A stretch of DNA of 63,188 nt, the filler included, from Octopus bimaculoides (taxonomy: Eukaryota): NCBI RefSeq assembly GCF_001194135.2. It is 8 parts of 7 records of this genome, joined end to end, with 100 filler letters (N's around TTAATTAATTAA, not from the genome) between each part and the next. Parts side by side here need not be neighbours in the genome. Positions count along the whole stretch, not along the records: positions 35,978 to 42,716 come from NC_068988.1; positions 42,817 to 46,615 come from NC_069005.1; positions 46,716 to 60,754 come from NC_068989.1; 5 more parts are not named here. One strand, 5' to 3'. A program made the translations under genes and the position numbers. The notes beneath the pieces were generated by a model. That model saw only the letters and a list, made by a program, of their open reading frames with translations. It had not been told where the DNA came from and ran no database searches. The number at the start of each line of letters is the position of its first letter. Position 1 is the stretch's first letter. Positions 38,617-49,699 of this stretch are shown here, in pieces.

Positions 38617-38699
38617 GGTGAATGCAGCTGATGAGGACTAATCAAATTTACGTTGTGAAACGTATTTGAAAAGTCTGAAACCTGGGTGCTGCATTATCC
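38617..38699 (+). ncRNA. Type I hammerhead ribozyme-like fold (probably a decayed copy)
   Basis: Stem I AATGCAG/CTGCATT, core CTGATGA at 38628-34, stem II GGACT/AGTCT with an extended hairpin, GAAA at 38677-80, stem III ACC-TG-GGT. Position 17 is G. Confidence 0.7.
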
Positions 38700-39717
38700 T
38701 TNNNNNNNNNNNNNNNNNNNNNNNNNNNNNNNNNNNNNNNNNNNNNNNNNNNNNNNNNNNNNNNNNNNNNNNNNNNNNNNNNNNNNNNNNNNNNNNNNNN
38801 NNNNNNNNNNNNNNNNNNNNNNNNNNNNNNNNNNNNNNNNNNNNNNNNNNNNNNNNNNNNNNNNNNNNNNNNNNNNNNNNNNNNNNNNNNNNNNNNNNNN
38901 NNNNNNNNNNNNNNNNNNNNNNNNNNNNNNNNNNNNNNNNNNNNNNNNNNNNNNNNNNNNNNNNNNNNNNNNNNNNNNNNNNNNNNNNNNNNNNNNNNNN
39001 NNNNNNNNNNNNNNNNNNNNNNNNNNNNNNNNNNNNNNNNNNNNNNNNNNNNNNNNNNNNNNNNNNNNNNNNNNNNNNNNNNNNNNNNNNNNNNNNNNNN
39101 NNNNNNNNNNNNNNNNNNNNNNNNNNNNNNNNNNNNNNNNNNNNNNNNNNNNNNNNNNNNNNNNNNNNNNNNNNNNNNNNNNNNNNNNNNNNNNNNNNNN
39201 NNNNNNNNNNNNNNNNNNNNNNNNNNNNNNNNNNNNNNNNNNNNNNNNNNNNNNNNNNNNNNNNNNNNNNNNNNNNNNNNNNNNNNNNNNNNNNNNNNNN
39301 NNNNNNNNNNNNNNNNNNNNNNNNNNNNNNNNNNNNNNNNNNNNNNNNNNNNNNNNNNNNNNNNNNNNNNNNNNNNNNNNNNNNNNNNNNNNNNNNNNNN
39401 NNNNNNNNNNNNNNNNNNNNNNNNNNNNNNNNNNNNNNNNNNNNNNNNNNNNNNNNNNNNNNNNNNNNNNNNNNNNNNNNNNNNNNNNNNNNNNNNNNNN
39501 NNNNNNNNNNNNNNNNNNNNNNNNNNNNNNNNNNNNNNNNNNNNNNNNNNNNNNNNNNNNNNNNNNNNNNNNNNNNNNNNNNNNNNNNNNNNNNNNNNNN
39601 NNNNNNNNNNNNNTTCAATTACTCTTGTGAGGATATTCACGTAAATCATTTGTTTCCTTTAATCCCCATTTTAATTTTCGTAAAAGTTTCCAAGTACCAA
39701 TAAGCAACAATTTCATT

Positions 39718-39746
39718 CCCGAGCAACGCCGGGTGCCTCTGCTAGT
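39718..39746 (+). mobile_element. Helitron-type 3' terminus
   Basis: Hairpin cccg-agcaacgc-cggg, an 8-nt spacer, then CTAG followed by T. Confidence 0.7.
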
Positions 39747-40073
39747 ATATATATATATATATATATAACAAAAAAGAAATGGACAAGCAAAACATGTGGT
39801 ATCATTCTAGAGTGTGCAATTTATAATTCAAACATAATTACAGAATAGTTAGAGAAAATAAGGAATAAAAAAATAATGCGTAAAGTCTCTTAAGCTGTTT
39901 CAAGAACAGCTGTGCATATTGTACATAGGTCTTTGAGCAAAGACTTTCGTGTAAACCAACTATACTGCGTTCAGAGAGGAAAAAATAAGGGATATCCTTA
40001 ATATAGGATATTAGTAGAAGATTTAAGGATTATCCCTAGTAAAGGATAATCCTTCGATGATTGAATTGGTAAC

Positions 40074-40180
<107 letters not shown>

Positions 40181-40829
40181 TCCTCTTCAGGTTATTGAAC
40201 TGCAAGCACATGAACATAAGAAGGTATCAAGGAAGTTACAAGAATACTCTCTCTCTGACCCAATGTTTTCCCATGGTACATTAATTTACACTTATAACAA
40301 GGAGTTTTAATACTGTGCTAAGTAGGAAAGATTTTTGAAACATACAATAACATGACGTGTAAGATCCATATTGAAACATGATAAATCATGAATATAAAGC
40401 ATATATCAATGCATCTTACCTTGAATAATACATTAGGTGTTCAATTACAGCTGATCTAATAATTTTCACGGGGCGGAAATTGCCAATATCCACCGAGATT
40501 AGAAACACTACAAAACAAAACACTCACTGTCATCAGACACTTCGTGAATGGGAATATTCACGGTAAGACTGAGTTACTTTAGACAGGCGATGTATAGACC
40601 AGGTAAATATTTAAAATACGTATTATTTACCGGTAGGCCTTGACGAGATTTAGTAGAGTGAGCGTTAGCAAGTATACTGTAGGGTGCATTAAACATTTTA
40701 AGCGGGATCGATTGTGTGACGGGGGCAAAAACAATATTTGTCATTAGTAACACTAAGATGAATATTTCAATAAGCGCAGGAGACATCTGGAGACATTTTC
40801 GGTCTTTTAAAACACAAGCATATACGATG

Positions 40830-40955
40830 GGATTCTTTCAGTTTCTCTCTACCAAATCCACTCACAAAGCTTTGGTCAGTCCGAGGCTAGAGTAGAAGAC
40901 ACTTTCCCAAGGTACCACGTGGTTGGGAAGCAAGTTTCTTACCACACAGCCATGC
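40830..40955 (-). mobile_element. SINE family A 5' part, internally deleted
   Basis: Reverse complement of the head and CORE-like body. Confidence 0.75.
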
Positions 40956-41519
40956 ATGCGCATATATTTAAAGATTTTGTTAATACGTTTAATGCAGGAA
41001 GCATTAAATGGACACAATTATATTGTGAACAAATGTAATGTTGGTCAATAATTAATATTATTTTGAATCTTTCGAATGCACGAGAGACAACTTTAGAGAG
41101 ATTTCTGTGTAAAAACTTGACACACGGAGGNNNNNNNNNNNNNNNNNNNNNNNNNNNNNNNNNNNNNNNNNNNNNNNNNNNNNNNNNNNNNNNNNNNNNN
41201 NNNNNNNNNNNNNNNNNNNNNNNNNNNNNNNNNNNNNNNNNNNNNNNNNNNNNNNNNNNNNNNNNNNNNNNNNNNNNNNNNNNNNNNNNNNNNNNNNNNN
41301 NNNNNNNNNNNNNNNNNNNNNNNNNNNNNNNNNNNNNNNNNNNNNNNNNNNNNNNNNNNNNNNNNNNNNNNNNNNNNNNNNNNNNNNNNNNNNNNNNNNN
41401 NNNNNNNNNNNNNNNNNNNNNNNNNNNNNNNNNNNNNNNNNNNNNNNNNNNNNNNNNNNNNNNNNNNNNNNNNNNNNNNNNNNNNNNNNNNNNNNNNNNN
41501 NNNNNNNNNNNNNNNNNNN

Positions 41520-41773
41520 GTAGTTCTCGGGGACATTCAGCATGACACAGTGTGACAAGGCTGACCCTTTGAAATACAGAAATAGGAAGTAAGAGTGAGA
41601 GAAAGTTGTGGTGAAAGAGTACAGCAAGGTTCGCCACCATCCCCTGCCGGAGCCTCGTGGAGCTTTAGGTGTTTTCGCTCAATAAACACTCACAACACCC
41701 GGTCTGGGAATCGAAACCGCAATCCTATGACCGCGAGTCCGCTGCCCTAACCACTGGGCCATTGCGCCTCCAC
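41520..41773 (-). mobile_element. SINE family C with tRNA head
   Basis: Minus strand gtggaggcgcaatggcccagtggttagggcagcggactcgcggtcataggattgcggtttcgattcccagacc contains A and B boxes. Confidence 0.88.
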
Positions 41774-42016
41774 GGTCTGAGCATAATTACTCTATTAATC
41801 TTCAAATGGAGAGATAACGAAAGATATTGCAAGTTAACGGCCTCTGTATGATGGTTCGTCAAGAAATAGCAGAAAGCACACCTTAGCTAATGTAGTTAGT
41901 GATAGATTATCTTTGAAGACACCCAATATATATTTCATAATTTGGGCTAAGTCCATGTGTCGTAGAGAGAAGACAATTATGACAGTTTGTGACTGTCCCT
42001 TTGAGAAAAATTTCTC

Positions 42017-42074
<58 letters not shown>

Positions 42075-42816
42075 CCTCCCTCTCAAAGTAACACTCAAAA
42101 ACATTCTTCCTCTCCACCGCATATAAACTTATGCCGAGTCGTTACTTTGTACCATTATGTAAATAAATGGTCTTATTAACCATCTTGCCAACAATTTTAC
42201 AAGAAGTTTTACTCTACTGTCTTTGGACAGTGTGGAATGTGATCTTTGATGAGTTTCAACAAAATCAAAATTAATCAGTTCAGTTCTCATTCCAAGCTGC
42301 CGAAAACCTTGGCGCATAATTTCACTAACACATAGACATAACTCCAAATACAAACACGCACGCATACATACATACATACATACATACATACATACATACA
42401 TACATACATACATACATACAAATCCATACTAGATAGTATCCTTATAATGCCAGTGAATGCGCACGCATGTATTTGAAAAACAATGATGTTTGTCTCTCTA
42501 GAAACAAATTCGTCATTTCACTGTGGATCTTTTTCAAAATTTGCAGACAACTCCTAAAGCATCCCGGAGCAATGCATGAAACGAAGAATTCCGAGTCTGA
42601 AGTCCTTTCCTTGGTGCAAAATAGGGAAGACCAAAAAACAAATAGTAAACGACTGATAGTTGAAATAGAGTGTAAAGGAGTAAAGCTCTTAGTGTGAGGA
42701 ACGGAAACACTGTTAGNNNNNNNNNNNNNNNNNNNNNNNNNNNNNNNNNNNNNNNNNNNNTTAATTAATTAANNNNNNNNNNNNNNNNNNNNNNNNNNNN
42801 NNNNNNNNNNNNNNNN

Positions 42817-43162
42817 TCGTCTATAATGTGTTTTTGCATTAAATCTTTGCACCAGCAGTAGATAAGCAATACGAGATTGTAGAGTGGAATATGGCTCCTT
42901 TCAAAGAATGAACTGTAACGAACAGATTTCCTTTGTTTACAATTTTTACAGTACCATTCTTTCCCATCAATTCTGTCACAACGTGTAACAAGTCCGCATG
43001 GTACTAAACAATCCTCGCAGGTAAACTTATTCCTAATAAACCGACGGCGCGCATCCAAAATTCTCTCTGTTGAAAATTATATTCTTCTAATATGGATTGA
43101 CGAGTGAGGATTTCGTTTTGAGGAAAAATAAGTTGTTGTGCAGCCGGTCTTCCGCGAGGCAT
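42817..43162 (-). mobile_element. Merlin (IS1016/ISXO2-like) transposase 5' part, frameshifted, runs into a scaffold join
   Basis: MPRGRP...ARRRFIRNKFTCEDC..DRIDGKEWYCKNCKQRKSVRYSSFFERSHIPL matches the Merlin N-terminal CxxC/CxxC and SIRxGSFF region. Confidence 0.8.
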
Positions 43163-43559
43163 TTTCGATCTCTCAGCCGGTACTGTGATATTCAATCACG
43201 TGTGTGATTTATATATAAACAGTTAACTTCAATCACGTGTGTGATTTATTTATAAACAGCTAAAAAAAAACACATTTCACGGATAATACTAGTAAGACTT
43301 TAAGTTATTTCACTTGTATTTTTATTTACTTTTTTTATTCCCAAAACTTGAAGATTACCCAAACGTACTACTTATCGTTTGTCTAAATGGGGAGATGGGT
43401 GTTTCTCCACAAAAATGACAAATTCTGGTTTTTATCATTTTTATGTTTCTACACATTTCTTGAAGTAAATACTTTCCTTTTTGTTAGAATTCAGACATTT
43501 TGTACATTGAATAGATGTCTTGCAAACAACTCGCACATGCAAGTGCTACCAGTTGAAAA

Positions 43560-44380
43560 CTCCGCATACCGGAAGCCACCAAGTGTATGAGGTCATCAGG
43601 AGAGAATGCACGTCGTTTCAGGGCCTACCTCTCGACGGCATCAATGCGCACCGCCCCCCACCTCACTGATATGAGGCCCCGCTTGCTAGATCAACTGGTT
43701 ATTAAAAACAAAGCTAAATATTTCTCTAGCCATCGCTCATTGTCTGTTTTTAACCAAATCCAATGACTAGCCTTCTCCACTGTATTTTGGATATCGGTCA
43801 AGGTGGTATTTACCTTACGATGAGTTAGGCCTAACGATAACAGCAGTAGTCTCACACTGTGTCCTACAAACCTTCTAGATCCAACTTCGATTGGAAAATG
43901 CTCCGCTTTCCAGCCTGCGTCTTCACATTTCTCGAGGAGGTTTACATAACAGTCAATCTTTCGAGCCCGCGCGGCGTCCATATCTTCATGAGGAACCGTT
44001 AACTCAACTAGATTTACAACTTTCCTTCTTTCACACCACATTAAAATGTCCGGTTTTTCCGTAACTGGGATGGGAAAGAATGCCTGGCACCCAGGCAAAT
44101 CTGCAGTCACTTCCCAATAGTCGTTCCACTTTTCATTTCTCACAGGAAGTTTCTTGTTCTTTTTCTTGAAACGGATCCGCTGACCTGAGCGCATGAAGGT
44201 AATAAAATCTTTAGATGCTTCTTTCAATGGTTTTTTTCTCGGTGTTGTTGAGATGAATTTGGTTCTTCATAGCATTGAAGATAACCTTCAGGACCAGGTT
44301 GTGTCCCCATGTATATCCAATGCTAAGGAACAGTTGGAAAGAATATGTTTCAGTGTTCCGACCTGTCATAAACCTCAAAA
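43560..44380 (-). mobile_element. 3' end of a restriction-like-endonuclease non-LTR retrotransposon (Hero/NeSL-like)
   Basis: Zinc-knuckle remnant GTLKHILSNCSLAL, YTWGHNLVLKVI, and RLE domain KPDILMW..VELTVPHE..ARKIDCY..FPIEVGSRRFVG..EKASHWIWLK, followed by a GC-rich 3' UTR. Confidence 0.85.
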
Positions 44381-45280
44381 TATCTGACGAAGAGTCAATG
44401 GTTAATTACTGCCAGGAACTTGGACTTGTGGTCAAACAAATGTGTTGCCCATCTTGTAAAACTAATCTGAAGAAAATCTACAAAGTGAAGCGTGCCAGAA
44501 GATCTCACGCAGAATGCAGGTTTCAATGCAACAAGAAAACTTGTAAGGAGAAGGTGAAGAACCAACTACCACTTTGTAAAAGAACTTGGTTTGGACATAG
44601 CAATTTGTCTCTGCGAAAGAGTTTGCTATTAGTTTACTGTTTTATTCATAAGTTACTGTATAAGCAAACTGTGCATGAAGCAAACATTTCATCAGCAGAC
44701 AGTGACTCTGATAATGACAACATGTTAATAACATCCACGGAAACCATATTGGATTATTTTTCCATACTGTCGTGAAGTCTGTCAGTGGACAGTAGAGACA
44801 AAACTACACACGGACCAACCCATTGGAGGCCCTGGAGTGATAGTTGAAACCGATGAATCGAAATTTGGTAAAACAAAGTACAATCATGGGAGACTTGTGG
44901 AAGGATAGTGGGTGTTTGGAGGCACATGCTGTGAAAACCAGGAAACTTTTCTTGTTGCATTGCCAAATAACAAGCGAGGACAGGGCCACACTGGAACCAA
45001 TTATTCTCCAACACATCAAATCTGGTACAACAATAATAAGTGACTGCTGGAAAGCATATGACAAAGTTGGAGCTTCTAGTTTCCTGCATCTCACTGTCAT
45101 TGAGAATCTATGGTGGCTGATCAAATGCCAAATGAGTGAGATGCAAACCTCACCAGCCATTTGTGAGATGCAAACCTCACCAGCCATTTGTGAGATGCAA
45201 ACCTCACCAGCCAATAGGGTAGATCTGTTCGAAGCATTCATGCAGAATTCTGGTGAACTTTACAAGCCACAGAGAGAGAT
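44381..45280 (+). mobile_element. Merlin transposase, decayed
   Basis: CPSC..FQCNKKTC..RTWFGHSNLSLRK, GGPGVIVETDESKFGKTKYNHGRLVEG*WVFGG, LEPIILQHIKSGTTIISDCWKAY, IENLW; stops, frameshifts and a deletion after HLTV. Confidence 0.92.
45136..45213 (+). repeat. 27-bp tandem repeat (about 3 copies) inside the Merlin C-terminus
   Basis: Unit gtgagatgcaaacctcaccagccattt at 45136, 45163 and 45190. Confidence 0.95.
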
Positions 45281-45624
45281 AAGAATATTAATTTTATACT
45301 TGTGCAATGTTATTCACCCTAAAACCCTAATTACATATTGCAATTTGCCTAGAAATTCTTAATTTTTATGACTTTCTTATCATTATAAGACTTGGTAGGA
45401 AATCAACTTTCCACCATGTCTAATATTTAAAAAAAAATTTTATGGTGGGGTACAAAAGGAAGTCTTTCCAGGCCGTATTTTACAGAAATTCAGAAGTTGC
45501 AACTTCTTTCTCAGTTTTGTTTTGATAACATTCGTGCAACTAAGTAATATTTCTATTTTTATTTCAATAAGCCATTGATGGTACCATGTAAATGGCACTC
45601 GTGAAATTGTAAATGTAGCCGTTA

Positions 45625-45830
45625 GCAGGAGCATGATCTTCGAATGTTGGGCCTCATGGAGGCAATGACAAGTGACCAAGACCTTAACAATATGCTGTGC
45701 TTAAGAAGATTCGTCAAGCCAAGTGAAGCTTGGCCATTGCCAGTCGTAGCCATTGCCAGTAAATGGCACCTGTGAATCATAGATGTGGTCATTGCCAGTG
45801 CCACGTAAATGGTGATGCTCAGTAAATTTG
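45625..45830 (+). mobile_element. RTE LINE 3' end fragment
   Basis: HDLRMLGLMEAMTSDQDL..YAVLKKIRQAK* matches the C-terminus of the 46305 ORF. Confidence 0.75.
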
Positions 45831-45977
45831 CCACCGGAAAATTTGTCCTGGAAATTTCACCACTACTGTCCATTCAAGCTCATTTTAATTGGGTTTTTAA
45901 CAGATATCTGAAGCAATGACCTGATCATCACAAAATTTCATATTGTTCTAACAACGATAATGTATTCAATGGAAGTC

Positions 45978-46615
45978 ATTCATCATCATCATCATCGTTT
46001 AACGTCCGCTTTTCATGCTAGCATGGGTTGGACGATTTGACTGAGGACTGGTGCAACCGGATGGCTACACCAGGATCCAATCTAATTTGGCAGAGTTTCT
46101 ACAGCTAGATGCCCTTCCTAACGCCAACCNNNNNNNNNNTAATTTGGCAGAGTTTCTACAGCTAGATGCCCTTCCTAACGCCAACCACTCAGAGAGTGTA
46201 GTGGGTGCTTTTACGTGTCACCCGCACGAAAATGGCCACGCTCGAAATGGTGTCTTTTATGTGCCACCCGCACAAGAGCCAGTCCCGGGGCCCTGGCAAT
46301 GATCTCACTTGGCTTGCCTGGTCTTCTCACGCACAGCACATTTCCAAAGGTCTCGGTCAGTAGTCATCGCCTCAGTGAGGCCCAATGTTCGAAGGTCTTG
46401 CCTCACCACCTCAGCCCAGGTCTTCCTGGGCCTACCTCTTCCACGGGTTCCCTCAACTGTTAGGGAGTGGCACTTTTTCACGCAGCTATCCTCATTCATT
46501 CTCACCACATGTCCAAACCAGCGCAATCGTCTCTCTTGCACACCACTACTGATGCTTCTTATGTTCAGCTTTTCTCTCAAGATACTTACACTCTGACGGG
46601 TATGCACATTTACAT
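45978..46615 (-). mobile_element. RTE LINE C-terminus, 3' UTR and (GAT)n tail
   Basis: RRLRWFGHVVRM..RGRGRPRKTW..DLRTLGL..DRDLWK; the UTR ends in gttaaacgatgatgatgatga. Confidence 0.92.
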
Positions 46616-46715
46616 NNNNNNNNNNNNNNNNNNNNNNNNNNNNNNNNNNNNNNNNNNNNTTAATTAATTAANNNNNNNNNNNNNNNNNNNNNNNNNNNNN
46701 NNNNNNNNNNNNNNN

Positions 46716-46770
<55 letters not shown>

Positions 46771-46841
46771 AGTAGAGAGAGAGAGAGGGAGGAACAGAAA
46801 GAGAGAAAATAATAATGATTGACCCTCATGTTCAGCAGAGA

Positions 46842-47205
46842 CTTTTTGCTTTTACTTGTTTCAGCCATTAGACTGCGGCCATGCTGGAGCACCGTCGTAA
46901 GTTTTTTTTAGTCGCATGAATCGACCTTAGTACTTGTTTAGTTATTCTATCAGTCCCTTTTACCGAACCTTTAAGTTATGGGGATGTAAACACAGCAACA
47001 CCGGTTGTGAAGCGGTAGTGGAACACACACACACACGCACAAACGACGGGCTTCTTTCAGTTTCCGTCTACCAAATCCACTCACAAGGCTTTGGTCGGCC
47101 CGAGGCTATAGTAGAAGACACTTGCCCAAGGTGCCACGCAGTGGGACTGAACCCAGAACCATGTGGTTGGTAAGCAAGCTTCTCACCACACAGCCACGCC
47201 TGCGC
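46842..47205 (-). mobile_element. SINE family A, full length, CpG-intact
   Basis: Reverse complement of the family A head, body and tail. Confidence 0.92.
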
Positions 47206-47560
47206 TTCGTTGAAAAAAAAAAAAAGAAAAAAAAAGAAAAGAAACATGAAAAAAATATGAAATGCTTGACAGTTAATTAAACAGAATTAACGACGACAAC
47301 ATCAACAACAATAACAAAACAGTAACAGCAACAACCATTGTAGAGAGAGAAAAGACGAGGGTGTCATAAATGAAAGATTTGAGGTGACAATGGATGTTTA
47401 CCTGAGTTTTGTGCGTCGCACAGTCTATGCGTTTATTTATGTGTCTGGGTGTCATGATTATGTAATTATATAATTAGATATGGACAATCAATAGATCTTT
47501 ATGTACGCCAACCGTGTCCATTCATTCACCTTTCGCCCCAGCCACACCCCTCTCGTCGTC

Positions 47561-47627
<67 letters not shown>

Positions 47628-47630
47628 CTT

Positions 47631-47683
<53 letters not shown>

Positions 47684-48310
47684 GTATGTGTGTGCGTGTG
47701 AGTGCGTGCGTGTATTTGAATATTTTTAAAGCCAAAACAATGTAAGTTATAAGAATTAATACGAGTCAATGCTTAAAAATAGAAAGTAAAAACATTTATA
47801 GGTATGTATATACCAGACAATACTTCATGCAATACACACACACACATATATATATATATACACCCATATGCATGTGTGTATGTATATGTACGTATGTATG
47901 CATGTATTTAAATGTGCATGCCCGTGTATGTATGTATGTATATTAAAATGATATATTAAAATGTTTCGGTGACTAAGCAAGGTTATTTATACTTTTAAAA
48001 TCCACTTCTCTGGAAATAAACTGGATTGTTATATAAAGATTGTTGACGCGCCGAGCTCGTTATATTTTCATTCACTCACAATAAGCAAACACTAAAAATG
48101 AAAAAAAACAAACACAAAATGCACAAAAATACAATAAATTCTGCATATTTTTTTTTCCTTTTTACCTCTCTTCTTGTACAGTGTCGCAATGGAGTTTATT
48201 AATGTTTCAAAGGGAGATTTTCACGCTACCCACGTTGTGAATGTGACACTTGTCAATCAAATGGCACAATCATTAGTAACGCAACAATGCCAATGATGAT
48301 GATGATGATG

Positions 48311-48362
<52 letters not shown>

Positions 48363-49451
48363 NNNNNNNNNNNNNNNNNNNNNNNNNNNNNNNNNNNNNN
48401 NNNNNNNNNNNNNNNNNNNNNNNNNNNNNNNNNNNNNNNNNNNNNNNNNNNNNNNNNNNNNNNNNNNNNNNNNNNNNNNNNNNNNNNNNNNNNNNNNNNN
48501 NNNNNNNNNNNNNNNNNNNNNNNNNNNNNNNNNNNNNNNNNNNNNNNNNNNNNNNNNNNNNNNNNNNNNNNNNNNNNNNNNNNNNNNNNNNNNNNNNNNN
48601 NNNNNNNNNNNNNNNNNNNNNNNNNNNNNNNNNNNNNNNNNNNNNNNNNNNNNNNNNNNNNNNNNNNNNNNNNNNNNNNNNNNNNNNNNNNNNNNNNNNN
48701 NNNNNNNNNNNNNNNNNNNNNNNNNNNNNNNNNNNNNNNNNNNNNNNNNNNNNNNNNNNNNNNNNNNNNNNNNNNNNNNNNNNNNNNNNNNNNNNNNNNN
48801 NNNNNNNNNNNNNNNNNNNNNNNNNNNNNNNNNNNNATATATATATACATATATATATATATATACATGAGTGTGTATGTGTGTATGTGTGTGTACATGT
48901 GTGTGTGTGGGGGAGGGGGAACTGGGCTTTTAGAAGATGGAGGTACATAAATAAAGCGTTAAACAATATTTTCAGTTGTCATATTGCCAGTAAACTTGAA
49001 TAACAGTAACATGAATAATGTTAATAAGGATGATAATAATGTAAAGACGAAATAATGAGGTAGCTTTTATTGTGAGATAGACATATTTAGGTAGATAGAG
49101 GGAATGAGAGAGAGAGTGAGTCACAGAGAGTGAGAAAGAGAGAGAGAGAGAGGGAGAGGGGGGGGAAGAGAAAATGAGTTTGAAAGGAATCAGGAATGCA
49201 AATGGTTAACAATAAAGTATTCAAACGAATTATAATATGATATAATACGCACGCATAATACATACATCGACACATATATTCAAATATATACATACGCACA
49301 CACATTTGTTTGTATATTTGTACGTATATATATATGTATATATATATGGGGNNNNNNNNNNNNNNNNNNNNNNNNNNNNNNNNNNNNNNNNNNNNNNNNN
49401 NNNNNNNNNNNNNNNNNNNNNNNNNNNNNNNNNNNNNNNNNNNNNNNNNNN

Positions 49452-49552
49452 AGACTTACAAAGAATAAGTCCTGGGGTCGATTTGCTCGACTAAATGCAG
49501 TACTCCAGCATGGCCACAGTCAAATGACTGAAACAAGTAAAAGAAAGAAAGA
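49452..49552 (+). mobile_element. SINE family A 3' tail next to a gap
   Basis: cttacaaagaataagtcctggggtcgatttgctcgactaa...gactgaaacaagtaaaaga. Confidence 0.85.
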
Positions 49553-49699
49553 GTATACATGAACTTGATTGGTTCGCGTTTTAGCTACTGCCCAGTAGTG
49601 TGTTTAATTTGTTCATTGAACATCACCACGAATTCCCCCTTGTTTTTTTATAAATTTCCCCTAAATTACAAAATAAGGGTCTGGGGAATATGCACTATT

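Noticed and set aside
43590-43640. Permuted hammerhead (GAAAC...CTGATGA on the minus strand) in the Hero-like 3' UTR
   Set aside because: Both core words are present, but stems I and II do not pair in the required register.
45136-45213. CRISPR-like repeat array (also considered for the 24-bp and 37-bp repeats)
   Set aside because: The units are head-to-tail with no unique spacers, there are no cas genes, and the context is eukaryotic.
46081-46190. Tandem duplication of taatttggcagagtttctacagctagatgcccttcctaacgccaacc
   Set aside because: The copies flank a 10-N gap; this is typical unmerged contig overlap.
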